Assembly: GCA_004322215.1 (NCBI GenBank) | Contig: SCSM01000039.1 | Location: 96,744-160,743 of the forward strand | Source of the DNA: Bacteroidota bacterium | Lineage (GTDB): Bacteria > Bacteroidota > Ignavibacteria > Kapaibacteriales > UBA2268 | Length of the DNA: 64,000 nt | Direction of reading: 5' to 3' | In this document: piece after piece, positions 38,210-47,782 of the stretch | Numbering within the stretch: the first letter of the stretch is position 1 | Layout: each line of letters starts with the position of its first letter | Translations under genes and position numbers: made by a program | Notes under the pieces: generated by a model | The model's input: the letters and a program-made list of their open reading frames with translations, nothing else | Databases searched by the model: none | Told to the model about the DNA's origin: nothing

Positions 38210-41071
38210 TTATCTGGTTACACTCATTTTTCCAGAATATGTTCTTCCATTCACATTCAATTGGTAAATGTATATACCTGGCTTCAAATTTGAAATATCA
38301 TAATCAATTATGTATGTTCCGTTCAGTAGTTCAAAATTAAATAAATCTTCAATATTTCTACTATTCAAATCGAAAATTAGCAGATTAACTTTTGAAAATT
38401 TATTAAGATAAAATTTGAAAGATGTTTTATAATCAGCCGGATTCGGATAGTTTTGATACAATATGACATCTTCATCATTATATGTTATCTCATTTTCGAC
38501 ATTTAAAACAGGTGATACGGAGAACTTACCGCTTTCACCAAAGATTTGACTATTATATTTACTTGTAATGACAATCGAATAATTCGAATCATAAGGAAGC
38601 GATTGAGGAATCAACCAGGAATAAGCTCCAATCTGACTCAGGAGTGAATCTTTAATGAGCTGGTAATATTTGCCGTTTTTGAATAATTCTAATTTAACTG
38701 TATCATCAATGTTTTTTTTCCAACGAATGATATAATAAAGAGTATCACGATAAATTGCTTCACCTTCTGCCGGATTTGTAATTTCAATGAATGGTGGCGA
38801 AAGAGTAAAGCTCCATGTTTCCGACCATTCGCTCACACCAGCTTCATTAATACATTGGACTTTCCAAAAATATTTTTGACCCTGATTCAGCTTCAAAATA
38901 TTTAATGTGAATACTTTTAAATTTGTATCAATGATAATTCCAGATGAAAATGTTGAATCAGTTCCGACAACTAAATGTGAACTTTTGCTGTAACCTTTTG
39001 TTGTCCAGTTTAATTGAACAGTTGAATTTTGGTTAACACTGTAATTATTCAATGGACTTATTAATTTTGGAGGTAGCGGTTTTTGTGAAAATTCGGGTAT
39101 GCAGAAAATGAAATCGCCGAAATTATCTGTGTTTACAATAAGTTCGTTTGACGATGGGTCATAAAGTGTCGAAAGTTGTTTATAATATATTGATGTATCG
39201 TTTGGTTTATTATAGATAACTAATTCCTGTAACCTGTTCAAATCCGGAAAATCAGCCACATTAAATCTGATTTCACATTCAACCGAATCAATCATAGTAG
39301 TAGTCATCTTTACCCTGTAAGGAAATACAAGCGGTGCTTTATCTTCAAAGACCGGTTTGATAGGCCCACACTCATATCTTTCTGCCTTCAATCCATTATA
39401 AAGAAATCCGACAAGCTTTTTAAATTTTATAATAATGCCGATGTTATCTTCATGCAGTGGATATGTATTGCCTTCGAGGAGCTCATAAATGGTGACCTGG
39501 ATGGGCTCGCATGAAGGCCAGGGATATTTCAGAACTTTCATTGAGTGCTGACCTGATGGAAGTGAAAATTCCATCGCAATAGTATTATCAGGATGAAGTT
39601 CTGTTGCAGTTATTTCTTCATTCTCAGAGTGCTGCCCCCACGAAATCAATTTTCCACCATTTTCAAGTACCTGGAATGAACCATCTGCATAAGAATAAAT
39701 ATCTGGATTATGCCTGTACTCCCAAATAAGTTCACAGGTTTTATCCGATTCATCCAATTTATATTCCACAGCTCTCGAATATTGAATATCGTGCTGTTTC
39801 CCGTTATCAAATAAAGTTATGTCCCCGTTTTGCAATCTTTGTACATGATTCTGGTACGAGAAATAGTTTGGTGCATTTTCTTCGTGTTCACCAGTGAAAG
39901 TAAAATCGTTATTCCTGCCTCCGAGTTTCCACATAATCTCACCGGTTTCCCTGCTCACTTTAATAATATTGCTCAAATTACTATTTGACAAAAGAAGGTT
40001 TCCATCAAAGTCAAGAACAATGTTATCTGTGTGAATATAATCCACAATCTGAGTAGTCAGTGATTCATAGGTTTCAGTTACCGGGATATAATCGTTAGAC
40101 CTCCAATTGAATACAACATTATTATTTTTGTCGAACTCCTGAATAACTGAAAATTGCAAATATCCGTTTGGATTTCCTCCGGGTGTAATCAAGCTAAAAT
40201 CATAAGGTATTATGTTGTAAGATAATAAAATTCTATGGCCATTCGACAAAAGGAGAACATCGGCATTAACAGATGAATTTTTATCGGCACCAACTATACT
40301 ATCAACTGATTGTAAATTATTATTCAGAATAATAACTTTTGTTGAATTATCGTCGAACAACTGATGAACAATCTGACCATTTGTTTCACGCTTGAAATTA
40401 AAAGCAATTCCATTAGTTTGAGCACCAATTTTCTTATAAGCGGCAATTTTACCCGTATTATCAAGTAGTATAAGATAATTTGAATAATTCGATTTGACTC
40501 CATAATCGGGAATATTTGTCAGGTAATAATAACCGGGAGCAGGATTTTCAGAATAATTTGTCTTAATAAAAGGGAAATCTGAAGGCAAAGAATCATCATT
40601 TAATAAAAAAAAGTTCTCCGGTGTAAAGTCTCTATCCCTAATTTCACATTCTTTACTTATATTATCGCAATTGAGAGGCACAGTCAACGGCGAAACAAAA
40701 AAACGAAATGAAAAAGGATCGAGTTCGTTACCCGAAAGTGTCTTCACACCGGAGTTAAAATTAATTACAACAGTTTCACCAGCCGTAAACGGAATATTTG
40801 GTTTGAAAACTATTGTTTTATTGTCGTCAGAAAAATTAAAACCCCCTTCATGTTTACCCGATTTATTTCCAATAACAGAAATGGTATTTATGCTTAGTGT
40901 TTTTAAATCTATTTTTTCTTTGTATCTAAATATTAAATTTGTTTTATTGTAATTATTGCGTGATTCGGGAAGCGGATATAAATATTGATAAGAACAAATT
41001 TCGGAATATAATTTTAATTCAACGAATATTAAAAGAATTAATATTACATTAAATAATTTCATATTGCACAC
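38210..41071 (-). CDS. Secreted ASST-like beta-propeller protein with extra N-terminal Ig-like domain, 2 Fn3-like repeats and T9SS C-terminal domain (paralog 5, divergent)
   Basis: ENPAPGYYYLTN, SYQNHVQRLQNGDITLFDNG and LENGGKLISWG motifs. Additional ~150-aa N-terminal beta-sandwich. C-terminal domain (YQNYPNPADYKTSFKF...KMSVTR). Confidence 0.45.
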   Translation of the reverse strand: MCNMKLFNVILILLIFVELKLYSEICSYQYLYPLPESRNNYNKTNLIFRYKEKIDLKTLSINTISVIGNKSGKHEGGFNFSDDNKTIVFKPNIPFTAGETVVINFNSGVKTLSGNELDPFSFRFFVSPLTVPLNCDNISKECEIRDRDFTPENFFLLNDDSLPSDFPFIKTNYSENPAPGYYYLTNIPDYGVKSNYSNYLILLDNTGKIAAYKKIGAQTNGIAFNFKRETNGQIVHQLFDDNSTKVIILNNNLQSVDSIVGADKNSSVNADVLLLSNGHRILLSYNIIPYDFSLITPGGNPNGYLQFSVIQEFDKNNNVVFNWRSNDYIPVTETYESLTTQIVDYIHTDNIVLDFDGNLLLSNSNLSNIIKVSRETGEIMWKLGGRNNDFTFTGEHEENAPNYFSYQNHVQRLQNGDITLFDNGKQHDIQYSRAVEYKLDESDKTCELIWEYRHNPDIYSYADGSFQVLENGGKLISWGQHSENEEITATELHPDNTIAMEFSLPSGQHSMKVLKYPWPSCEPIQVTIYELLEGNTYPLHEDNIGIIIKFKKLVGFLYNGLKAERYECGPIKPVFEDKAPLVFPYRVKMTTTMIDSVECEIRFNVADFPDLNRLQELVIYNKPNDTSIYYKQLSTLYDPSSNELIVNTDNFGDFIFCIPEFSQKPLPPKLISPLNNYSVNQNSTVQLNWTTKGYSKSSHLVVGTDSTFSSGIIIDTNLKVFTLNILKLNQGQKYFWKVQCINEAGVSEWSETWSFTLSPPFIEITNPAEGEAIYRDTLYYIIRWKKNIDDTVKLELFKNGKYYQLIKDSLLSQIGAYSWLIPQSLPYDSNYSIVITSKYNSQIFGESGKFSVSPVLNVENEITYNDEDVILYQNYPNPADYKTSFKFYLNKFSKVNLLIFDLNSRNIEDLFNFELLNGTYIIDYDISNLKPGIYIYQLNVNGRTYSGKMSVTR

Positions 41072-41350
41072 TCCCTAAAACCATTCTTCATGCTAATGAC
41101 TGTTTATGTTCTTAATAATTGGCAATTAATGAAATATTAACCAGTAATCATATAATTGTTATTGTGATTTTTTTGTAGGATAATATATATTAAATATGTA
41201 ATAGTCAATACTATTAAATATGTAGTAATTCATAATTTTAGATGTAAAGTTAAATACTACATATAAAAATTTTTAAAACATTATTAATTTAAAATATATT
41301 TCTGAAACATTATGTAAATTTTTACGTTTATTGTAAATTTATATTGTTAA

Positions 41351-42718
41351 ATGTTCAAAAGGGTAAAATCACGAATGAAGAATGAATTCAAAATAAGTAT
41401 TTTATTAGCATCGGTTCTATTATTTTTAACTGTCAGTAATTCTTTTTCTGCAAACTTTAATCCGATAAAGTTTGTCAGGGATTCACTGCCAAACGGCTTG
41501 CAGATTATTTATACTGTGGACAAGACAGCCCCAGTGATATCAACAATTTTACATTATCGAGGCGGCTCCCGGGACGAAGTAAAGGGGAAAACCGGCTATG
41601 CCCATTTTTTTGAGCATTTGATGTTCGAAGCAACAAGGGATATTCCACGAGCCACGATTGATAAAATGGTGCAGGAAGCCGGAGGTAAACTTAATGCCCA
41701 TACATCATGGGATGAAACTGTATTTTTTTTCCAGTTACCTGCAAATCAGCTTAAATTGCCTTTGTGGATTGAATCTCAAAGAATGAGAATGTTGAAAATT
41801 GATTCTGTCGGTGTAGCAACACAGAAGGGGGTTGTACGCGAAGAATTGAAAATGAGAACATTAAATCAGCCATATGGTACGCTGATACAGAAAATTTCTG
41901 AGAATATGTTCCCGGGCTCGACATACGGCTGGGCAACTGTGGGATTTGATGAAGACTTAGAAAAAGCGACTATTGATGACTTTAAACAATTCTATGATAA
42001 GTATTACCAGCCAAACAATGCATGTCTCGTTATTGCAGGGGATTTCAATATTGACACAGCAAAGAAATATGTCAGACAATATTTCGGTGCATACCAGAAA
42101 GCAAAAGAATCGGAACACATAGGTTACCAAACGAATCCACTCGAAAAAGATTATAATGAAACAATAAAAGATACAAAAGCACAGGTTCCTGCAGTCTTCA
42201 TTGGCTTCAGAGGTCCAATGCTTGCCGAACCGGATTATTATCCTGTATCCTTATTTATGGATATAATTTCAAGTGGAGAAAGCTCGAGGTTGAATCAACG
42301 GCTTGTGGAAAAAGACAGAATAGCAGTCAATGCCGCCGGCATACAGTTAAGCTTGCAATATACCGGTGCCTTGATCCTGATTGGCATTGGCTTTCCTGAT
42401 AAAGACATTAAAGATGTCGAAGAAACTTTGTTGGATGAAGTGAATGAGGTTATAAGCGATGGCATAACAGATGAAGAATTGCAGAAAGCAAAAAACATCA
42501 AGGAATCGCAATTTGTAGGCGACAAGAAAAATGTCTTACCGAAAGCAGAATCACTTGCCCAGTATTTCAGTTATTATGGAAATCCGTCGCTCATAAATTC
42601 ACAGATAGATAATTATCTTTCTGTTACGAAAGAGCAAGTTATAAAAGCAGCAAAGAAGTATTTCTCATCTGCAAAAAAAGTTGTTTTGACATATATACCC
42701 GATAACGGAACAAAATAA
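41351..42718 (+). CDS. M16 family zinc peptidase (insulinase-like, catalytic)
   Basis: HxxEH inverted zinc motif (GYAHFFEHLMFEATRD). Signal peptide. 455 aa. Confidence 0.75.
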   Translation: MFKRVKSRMKNEFKISILLASVLLFLTVSNSFSANFNPIKFVRDSLPNGLQIIYTVDKTAPVISTILHYRGGSRDEVKGKTGYAHFFEHLMFEATRDIPRATIDKMVQEAGGKLNAHTSWDETVFFFQLPANQLKLPLWIESQRMRMLKIDSVGVATQKGVVREELKMRTLNQPYGTLIQKISENMFPGSTYGWATVGFDEDLEKATIDDFKQFYDKYYQPNNACLVIAGDFNIDTAKKYVRQYFGAYQKAKESEHIGYQTNPLEKDYNETIKDTKAQVPAVFIGFRGPMLAEPDYYPVSLFMDIISSGESSRLNQRLVEKDRIAVNAAGIQLSLQYTGALILIGIGFPDKDIKDVEETLLDEVNEVISDGITDEELQKAKNIKESQFVGDKKNVLPKAESLAQYFSYYGNPSLINSQIDNYLSVTKEQVIKAAKKYFSSAKKVVLTYIPDNGTK

Positions 42719-42754
42719 ACATAAAAATTTGATATTAATTAACAGGAAAGTGAA

Positions 42755-44833
42755 ATGAAAAGAATTTCGATATTTTTAATCTCAGTATTTTTTGGCTTTA
42801 CATCATTACTTGCACTCAATCCTGCGGATTCAGTAAAGAAACCTGAACCATTGGAGGATATAGAATTCAAATTCCCCGAATATAAAAAAGAGACTTTCAA
42901 AAACGGATTGAAGATGTTTTTTATCGAAGATAAGGAACAACCGATAGTATCATTCAGCTTTTTGATTCAGGGTGGTTCACTGGTTGACGGCAGCAAAGCC
43001 GGATTAGCTTCGATAGTAGCCGATTTATTAATTAAAGCCACCGGAAAGATATCATCGAAAGATATTGCTGAGAAAATTGACGGGATGGGAGCAAGTCTTT
43101 CAGCGAGTGCTGATGAAGATGCTATTACAATTACCGGAACATGTCTAAAAAAGCATCTCGATACTTTATTTCATATTGCATCTCAGCTTATATTAAATCC
43201 TTCATTTCCGGAGGATGATTTTGAAAAGTTAGTCCCAAGGATGATTGCATCTTTGAAACAGGAGAAGGCAACCCCAGGCACATTAGCCAGAAACCTTGCG
43301 AGGAAGGTGATATACGGGGATAAGCATCCATACGGAATAAGACCTACAGAGACATCATTGAAAAGCATTGAAATAGGAGATGTGGAAAATTACTATAAAA
43401 CATATTTCAAACCGAATGCAGCTTCAGTAGCAATTTCAGGTGATTTGACACTCAAAGAAGCGAAAGATATAATAGATAAATATTTTGGCAAATGGGTAAA
43501 AGGCGAGATACCTAAAATTGAAATCCCCCAGACAAATCCCGAACCACAGGGGGTTTATTTTATAGCGAGACCTTCATCAGTTCAATCTGCTGTCATAATT
43601 GCAACGAGAGCAATACCGGTCACAAGCGGAGAGTTTGAAGTCCTTGACTTAGCATCAAGCGTTATTGGTTCAGGTTTTGCCGGAAGATTATTCAGAACCA
43701 TCAGGGAAAAATATTCTTATACTTATACACCTTTCGGTCATGTATCTTCACATAAATATGCTAACATTTTTGCTTGTGGTGCTGAAGTTAGAAATACGGT
43801 AACGGATTCTTCTATCAATGTTATCAATGAGCAGTTAAAAGATTTAAGTATAAACCCACCCTCAGAAGAAGAATTATATAGGGTGAAAAACGCCGAAGGA
43901 GGTTCTTACCTAATGTCATTTGAAAATCCGGGATTCGTGCTAAGATTGATACAGTCGGCAGATTTTAATGGCGTACCGATAGAAAGAGTGAAGGAATATT
44001 ATGGTAACCTGATGGCATTCAGCAACTACCAGGTACGCGACATAGCAAGGAAGTATATGAATCCGCAAAATGAATATATTTTTGTCGTTGGAAGTCCCGA
44101 TGTTCGCAAAAAACTCGAGCAGTTCGGTAAAATTTATGAATACAATATGGACCTCGAACCGCAGACAGGTGAAAAGGGAAAATTTGAAGATGTAGGAATG
44201 AATGCATCCGAATTATTGGAAAAATTTGCGCAGGCATTGGGAGGAAAAGAAAATCTGGATAAGATCCAAACAATTATTGATACATGTAAAATCAAGCTCG
44301 AAGCAATGGGCAGAACAATAGACGGCAGTGGAGTTCAAATTCAAAAAGCACCAAATAAAAAATATATGAAATTCGATTTGGTATTTCAAAAACAGGAATC
44401 ATGGTGTGATGGCACAAATGCCTGGTCAGCCGTTATGGGTAAATCCAGAAAAGAAGAAGGCAAAAATCTGGAAGATTTAGTAAGCGATGCTGTTATGTTC
44501 AAAGATACAAAGTACATTGAACTGGGATACAAATGCGATGTGCTTGGCAAACAAAATAATTTCATAATAATGAAACTGTTGTCTCCCATGCAGCAGGAAA
44601 GTTTACTCTATTTCGACCCGGTAACCTATCTGCTCATGAAGGTCGAATCAACCAATGATTCGCCGCAGGGCCCAATTCCTAATACAGTAGAATATTCGAA
44701 TTATACATCGGTCGAAGGTGTGAAATTTCCTATGACATGGAAATCTTCAAATCCGATGTTTACAATCACGTTGGAAAATAATTTCTTACTCAATCAGCCG
44801 GTTGAAGATTCGATTTTTACACCTAATAAATAA
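42755..44833 (+). CDS. M16 family peptidase homolog (second subunit/paralog with C-terminal extension)
   Basis: M16 N- and C-domain-like architecture without a clear HxxEH motif. Signal peptide. 692 aa. Forms a pair with the upstream M16 gene. Confidence 0.55.
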   Translation: MKRISIFLISVFFGFTSLLALNPADSVKKPEPLEDIEFKFPEYKKETFKNGLKMFFIEDKEQPIVSFSFLIQGGSLVDGSKAGLASIVADLLIKATGKISSKDIAEKIDGMGASLSASADEDAITITGTCLKKHLDTLFHIASQLILNPSFPEDDFEKLVPRMIASLKQEKATPGTLARNLARKVIYGDKHPYGIRPTETSLKSIEIGDVENYYKTYFKPNAASVAISGDLTLKEAKDIIDKYFGKWVKGEIPKIEIPQTNPEPQGVYFIARPSSVQSAVIIATRAIPVTSGEFEVLDLASSVIGSGFAGRLFRTIREKYSYTYTPFGHVSSHKYANIFACGAEVRNTVTDSSINVINEQLKDLSINPPSEEELYRVKNAEGGSYLMSFENPGFVLRLIQSADFNGVPIERVKEYYGNLMAFSNYQVRDIARKYMNPQNEYIFVVGSPDVRKKLEQFGKIYEYNMDLEPQTGEKGKFEDVGMNASELLEKFAQALGGKENLDKIQTIIDTCKIKLEAMGRTIDGSGVQIQKAPNKKYMKFDLVFQKQESWCDGTNAWSAVMGKSRKEEGKNLEDLVSDAVMFKDTKYIELGYKCDVLGKQNNFIIMKLLSPMQQESLLYFDPVTYLLMKVESTNDSPQGPIPNTVEYSNYTSVEGVKFPMTWKSSNPMFTITLENNFLLNQPVEDSIFTPNK

Positions 44834-44844
44834 TTTTGATTTTG

Positions 44845-44880
44845 AAGCCCCTTCTGTGTTTCTTACTGGAGGGGTTTATT
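44845..44880 (+). terminator. Rho-independent terminator after the M16 peptidase pair
   Basis: GC-rich stem (AAGCCCCTTC ... GGAGGGGTTT) followed by a T-rich tract. Confidence 0.5.
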
Positions 44881-44980
44881 ATTGAATTTTAAGAAAATAA
44901 AATTTTATCTGTCAATTATTGTCATATACGAAATAGTTCTGTTAAAATAATTCTTATATTATTCAAAATTATTCAGGTGG

Positions 44981-45847
44981 ATGATGTATAAATCACTAAT
45001 TGCAATTCTATTATTATTGGCTGTATCATCATTACAATCTAAAACAATTAAAGGTAAGCTTTATGGTTTTGATGATAAACCAATGCTTCTTGCCCATGTT
45101 AATTATGAGGAAAATGGCAAACAAAAAAAAATTCAGGTAAATAAAGATGGTTCGTTTGAACTAAATGTAAATGAAGATTATTTCCTGGTAATGGAGTTCA
45201 CCGGTGTTAATCATCAAAGTTTTAGTAAGAAAATATTTTTTCCTGACGATAAAAATCCGATTGACATAACTGTTAAACTTACTCCTAATCAAATTCCCAA
45301 AAAATTTGATAAAATAATAGTTGTGGGTAATTTTAATGATTTCAATTGGGAATCAGATTTTCTGGAAATGAAAGAAAATTCCGACAGTATATATGTTGTA
45401 ACAACAAATCCTACATCTGACACACTGCTTTATCAAGTGATTTTCGATACGGGAAAGGATAACAGGAGAAGTTTTAATGGACAGCAATCAGACTTTTACG
45501 TTTATGATGGCGGCGGCGACTACAGGTCGGGAATTCTAACAAGAAACAAGGAAGTAAATCTAACCCTGGATTTAAAACATTATCCACAAGGTAAATTTAA
45601 ATCAGAGGTATCATCAGTAGATAATAAAGTAAATTTATCAATAAAACTCGGGAAACAGCTCGATGATATTAGCTACAGTCATTTAGTTGATGCATCAAAA
45701 GTATTTATGAACAATAAAAATTTTATAAATGCTGACAGTGTTATAACTTCGTTAAAGAAAAAGTATCTCGATTCAATCGAATATATTCTACATTCAATAA
45801 AAGATAAAAATTTAAGATTCTTTTGTTTACTACCTATATGGATATAG
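44981..45847 (+). CDS. Hypothetical secreted protein (possibly the N-terminal part of the downstream TlpA-like protein)
   Basis: Signal peptide (MMYKSLIAILLLLAVSSLQS). Overlaps the next ORF by 25 nt in another frame, next to an A5 run. Confidence 0.4.
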   Translation: MMYKSLIAILLLLAVSSLQSKTIKGKLYGFDDKPMLLAHVNYEENGKQKKIQVNKDGSFELNVNEDYFLVMEFTGVNHQSFSKKIFFPDDKNPIDITVKLTPNQIPKKFDKIIVVGNFNDFNWESDFLEMKENSDSIYVVTTNPTSDTLLYQVIFDTGKDNRRSFNGQQSDFYVYDGGGDYRSGILTRNKEVNLTLDLKHYPQGKFKSEVSSVDNKVNLSIKLGKQLDDISYSHLVDASKVFMNNKNFINADSVITSLKKKYLDSIEYILHSIKDKNLRFFCLLPIWI

Positions 45848-46638
45848 CAAGTGACGGACAAAATGTAGAAGATGTAATTGATGTTGTAAATAAAAATTTA
45901 ATTAAAGAACTTGAATTATATTTGCCTGCTGAATCAAAAATTTTGGATATAGTAAAGTATGGAGATAATCCTCTCTTTATTGCAAGAATATTAGAAAAGG
46001 ATTATTCAAATTCAAAATATTTACAAAATATTATTAATACACATAACTCGGAAGCCACAGCCTGGCTTGTGATATATGCAATCCGATTATCTGACAGATT
46101 GAAAGACTCGGACAATGTAAAAAAATATTATGATATTATGTTTAAAAAATTTCCAAATAGTAAACAGGCAATGTTTGCCCATAATCAATTCGGCAAGGAT
46201 AAAAGAATAGTAGTGGGTAAACAAATTCCTGATTTTAAATTTGCCAATCTCGATAATCCTTCAGATACAATTACACCAGGAGCATTAAAAGGCAAATATG
46301 TATTGTTTGATATTTGGGGAACATGGTGCGGTTCATGTCTTATGGAGATGAAATATCTCGACAGTGCATACAAAACATTTAAAGACAAAAATTTCATTAT
46401 ATACAGTCATGCAGTTGATAATGGAGTCAAGGTAGTTCAAAACTTCAGGAAAAACAAATGGTCCATGCCCTGGCTTCATTCTCTTGCTGATGGTGCATGG
46501 GACAGCGAGCAGGTAAAGTTATTTGAAGTTGTGGGTGTACCGAAAACTTTTTTAGTTGACCCGGACGGGAAAATAATTGAAACGGAGAAATTGAGGCAGG
46601 AAAATTTGCTCGAAACTTTGGGAAAATATCTCAGGTAA
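45823..46638 (+). CDS. TlpA/ResA-like periplasmic thiol-disulfide oxidoreductase (thioredoxin fold)
   Basis: WCGSC active site (DIWGTWCGSCLMEM). AhpC/TSA/TlpA-like fold. The track start is a TTG; the first ATG is at 45838. It has no signal peptide of its own. Confidence 0.6.
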   Translation: MFTTYMDIASDGQNVEDVIDVVNKNLIKELELYLPAESKILDIVKYGDNPLFIARILEKDYSNSKYLQNIINTHNSEATAWLVIYAIRLSDRLKDSDNVKKYYDIMFKKFPNSKQAMFAHNQFGKDKRIVVGKQIPDFKFANLDNPSDTITPGALKGKYVLFDIWGTWCGSCLMEMKYLDSAYKTFKDKNFIIYSHAVDNGVKVVQNFRKNKWSMPWLHSLADGAWDSEQVKLFEVVGVPKTFLVDPDGKIIETEKLRQENLLETLGKYLR

Positions 46639-46649
46639 AATAATAAGAA

Positions 46650-47708
46650 TTATTTTTGTTCTAAATTTCCTTTAATATGCAAATCCCTCTGTGGATAGGG
46701 GATGACAATACCAAGCTCGTTGAATTTTTTGTAAATCTCCTTGCAAATCTGATGAATTGTTAAACCGCGTAATGCCGGCTCTTTTGCCCAGCAAAGAAGC
46801 TCGAAATCGAGACTGGATTCGCCGAATTGACGGAATCTTGCTCTCGGCTCAGGGTCAGGTATTATGTTTTCATTATTTTTTGCAATTTCTATTAGAACAT
46901 TTTCAACCAAATCAATATCGGAACCATAAGCAACTCCAATAGGGACTCGCACCCTGAAATGCTTGACGGGAGCGCTTTCGTTGATGATTTTTGAATTTGC
47001 AATTATTGAATTCGGAATTGAGATTAAAATATCATCTCTTGTCTTAATGCGTGTGCTTCTGATTCCTATTTCAACTACTTCACCTCTTTCTTTTTGGTCA
47101 AGTTCTATATAATCCCCGATTCTGTATGGTTTATCAATGAAAACGCTGACACCACCGAAAAAGTTAGCAAGAGTGTCCTTGGCGGCTAATGCTATAATCA
47201 CACTAACCACACCTGCCGATGCTATAAGAGGAGTAACATCAACCTTCCAGATGATAAATATTACAGTTACTGCACCGACAAAGATTGCAAATTTCAGGAA
47301 GTTCGACAGAAATGGAATTACGTCTTTACTGAGCCCTGTTTCGCTTGATATTTTGCTGATTGAATTTTTAACTATGATAGTTGTAATGCGAATTAATGCA
47401 AAACACCAGATTAATGAAATAACAGAGTATATTATTTTGTTAGTAATGACGAAGAATTCATTTTTAAGATGGAGATCTGCCAGTACGATTATAATTCCTG
47501 CCAAAATCAATGTGAACAAGACCGGCAGATGCAGAGCATCAATTATATGGTCGTCGAATTTTGTTTCAGTACGCTTTGCAAACTGCCTCAGCACTTTATC
47601 GAACAAAAACTGAATAAGAAAGCTTAGTCCGATAAAAATAACAATTGATATTATTGCAATCCAATGAGGAGCAAGAAATATTTCGAATCTTTTGAATAAT
47701 TCTGTCAT
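46650..47708 (-). CDS. MscS-family small-conductance mechanosensitive channel
   Basis: Three N-terminal TM helices and an MscS beta-domain (GGVSVFIDKPYRIGDYIEL...GEVVEIGIRSTRIKTRDD). 352 aa. Confidence 0.75.
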   Translation of the reverse strand: MTELFKRFEIFLAPHWIAIISIVIFIGLSFLIQFLFDKVLRQFAKRTETKFDDHIIDALHLPVLFTLILAGIIIVLADLHLKNEFFVITNKIIYSVISLIWCFALIRITTIIVKNSISKISSETGLSKDVIPFLSNFLKFAIFVGAVTVIFIIWKVDVTPLIASAGVVSVIIALAAKDTLANFFGGVSVFIDKPYRIGDYIELDQKERGEVVEIGIRSTRIKTRDDILISIPNSIIANSKIINESAPVKHFRVRVPIGVAYGSDIDLVENVLIEIAKNNENIIPDPEPRARFRQFGESSLDFELLCWAKEPALRGLTIHQICKEIYKKFNELGIVIPYPQRDLHIKGNLEQK

Positions 47709-47782
47709 AATTTATCCTAACACTTGTTGAAGTTGTTGACAATCCACTAAACCGAACCGGGAGTAACTCCTGATACATTCAT

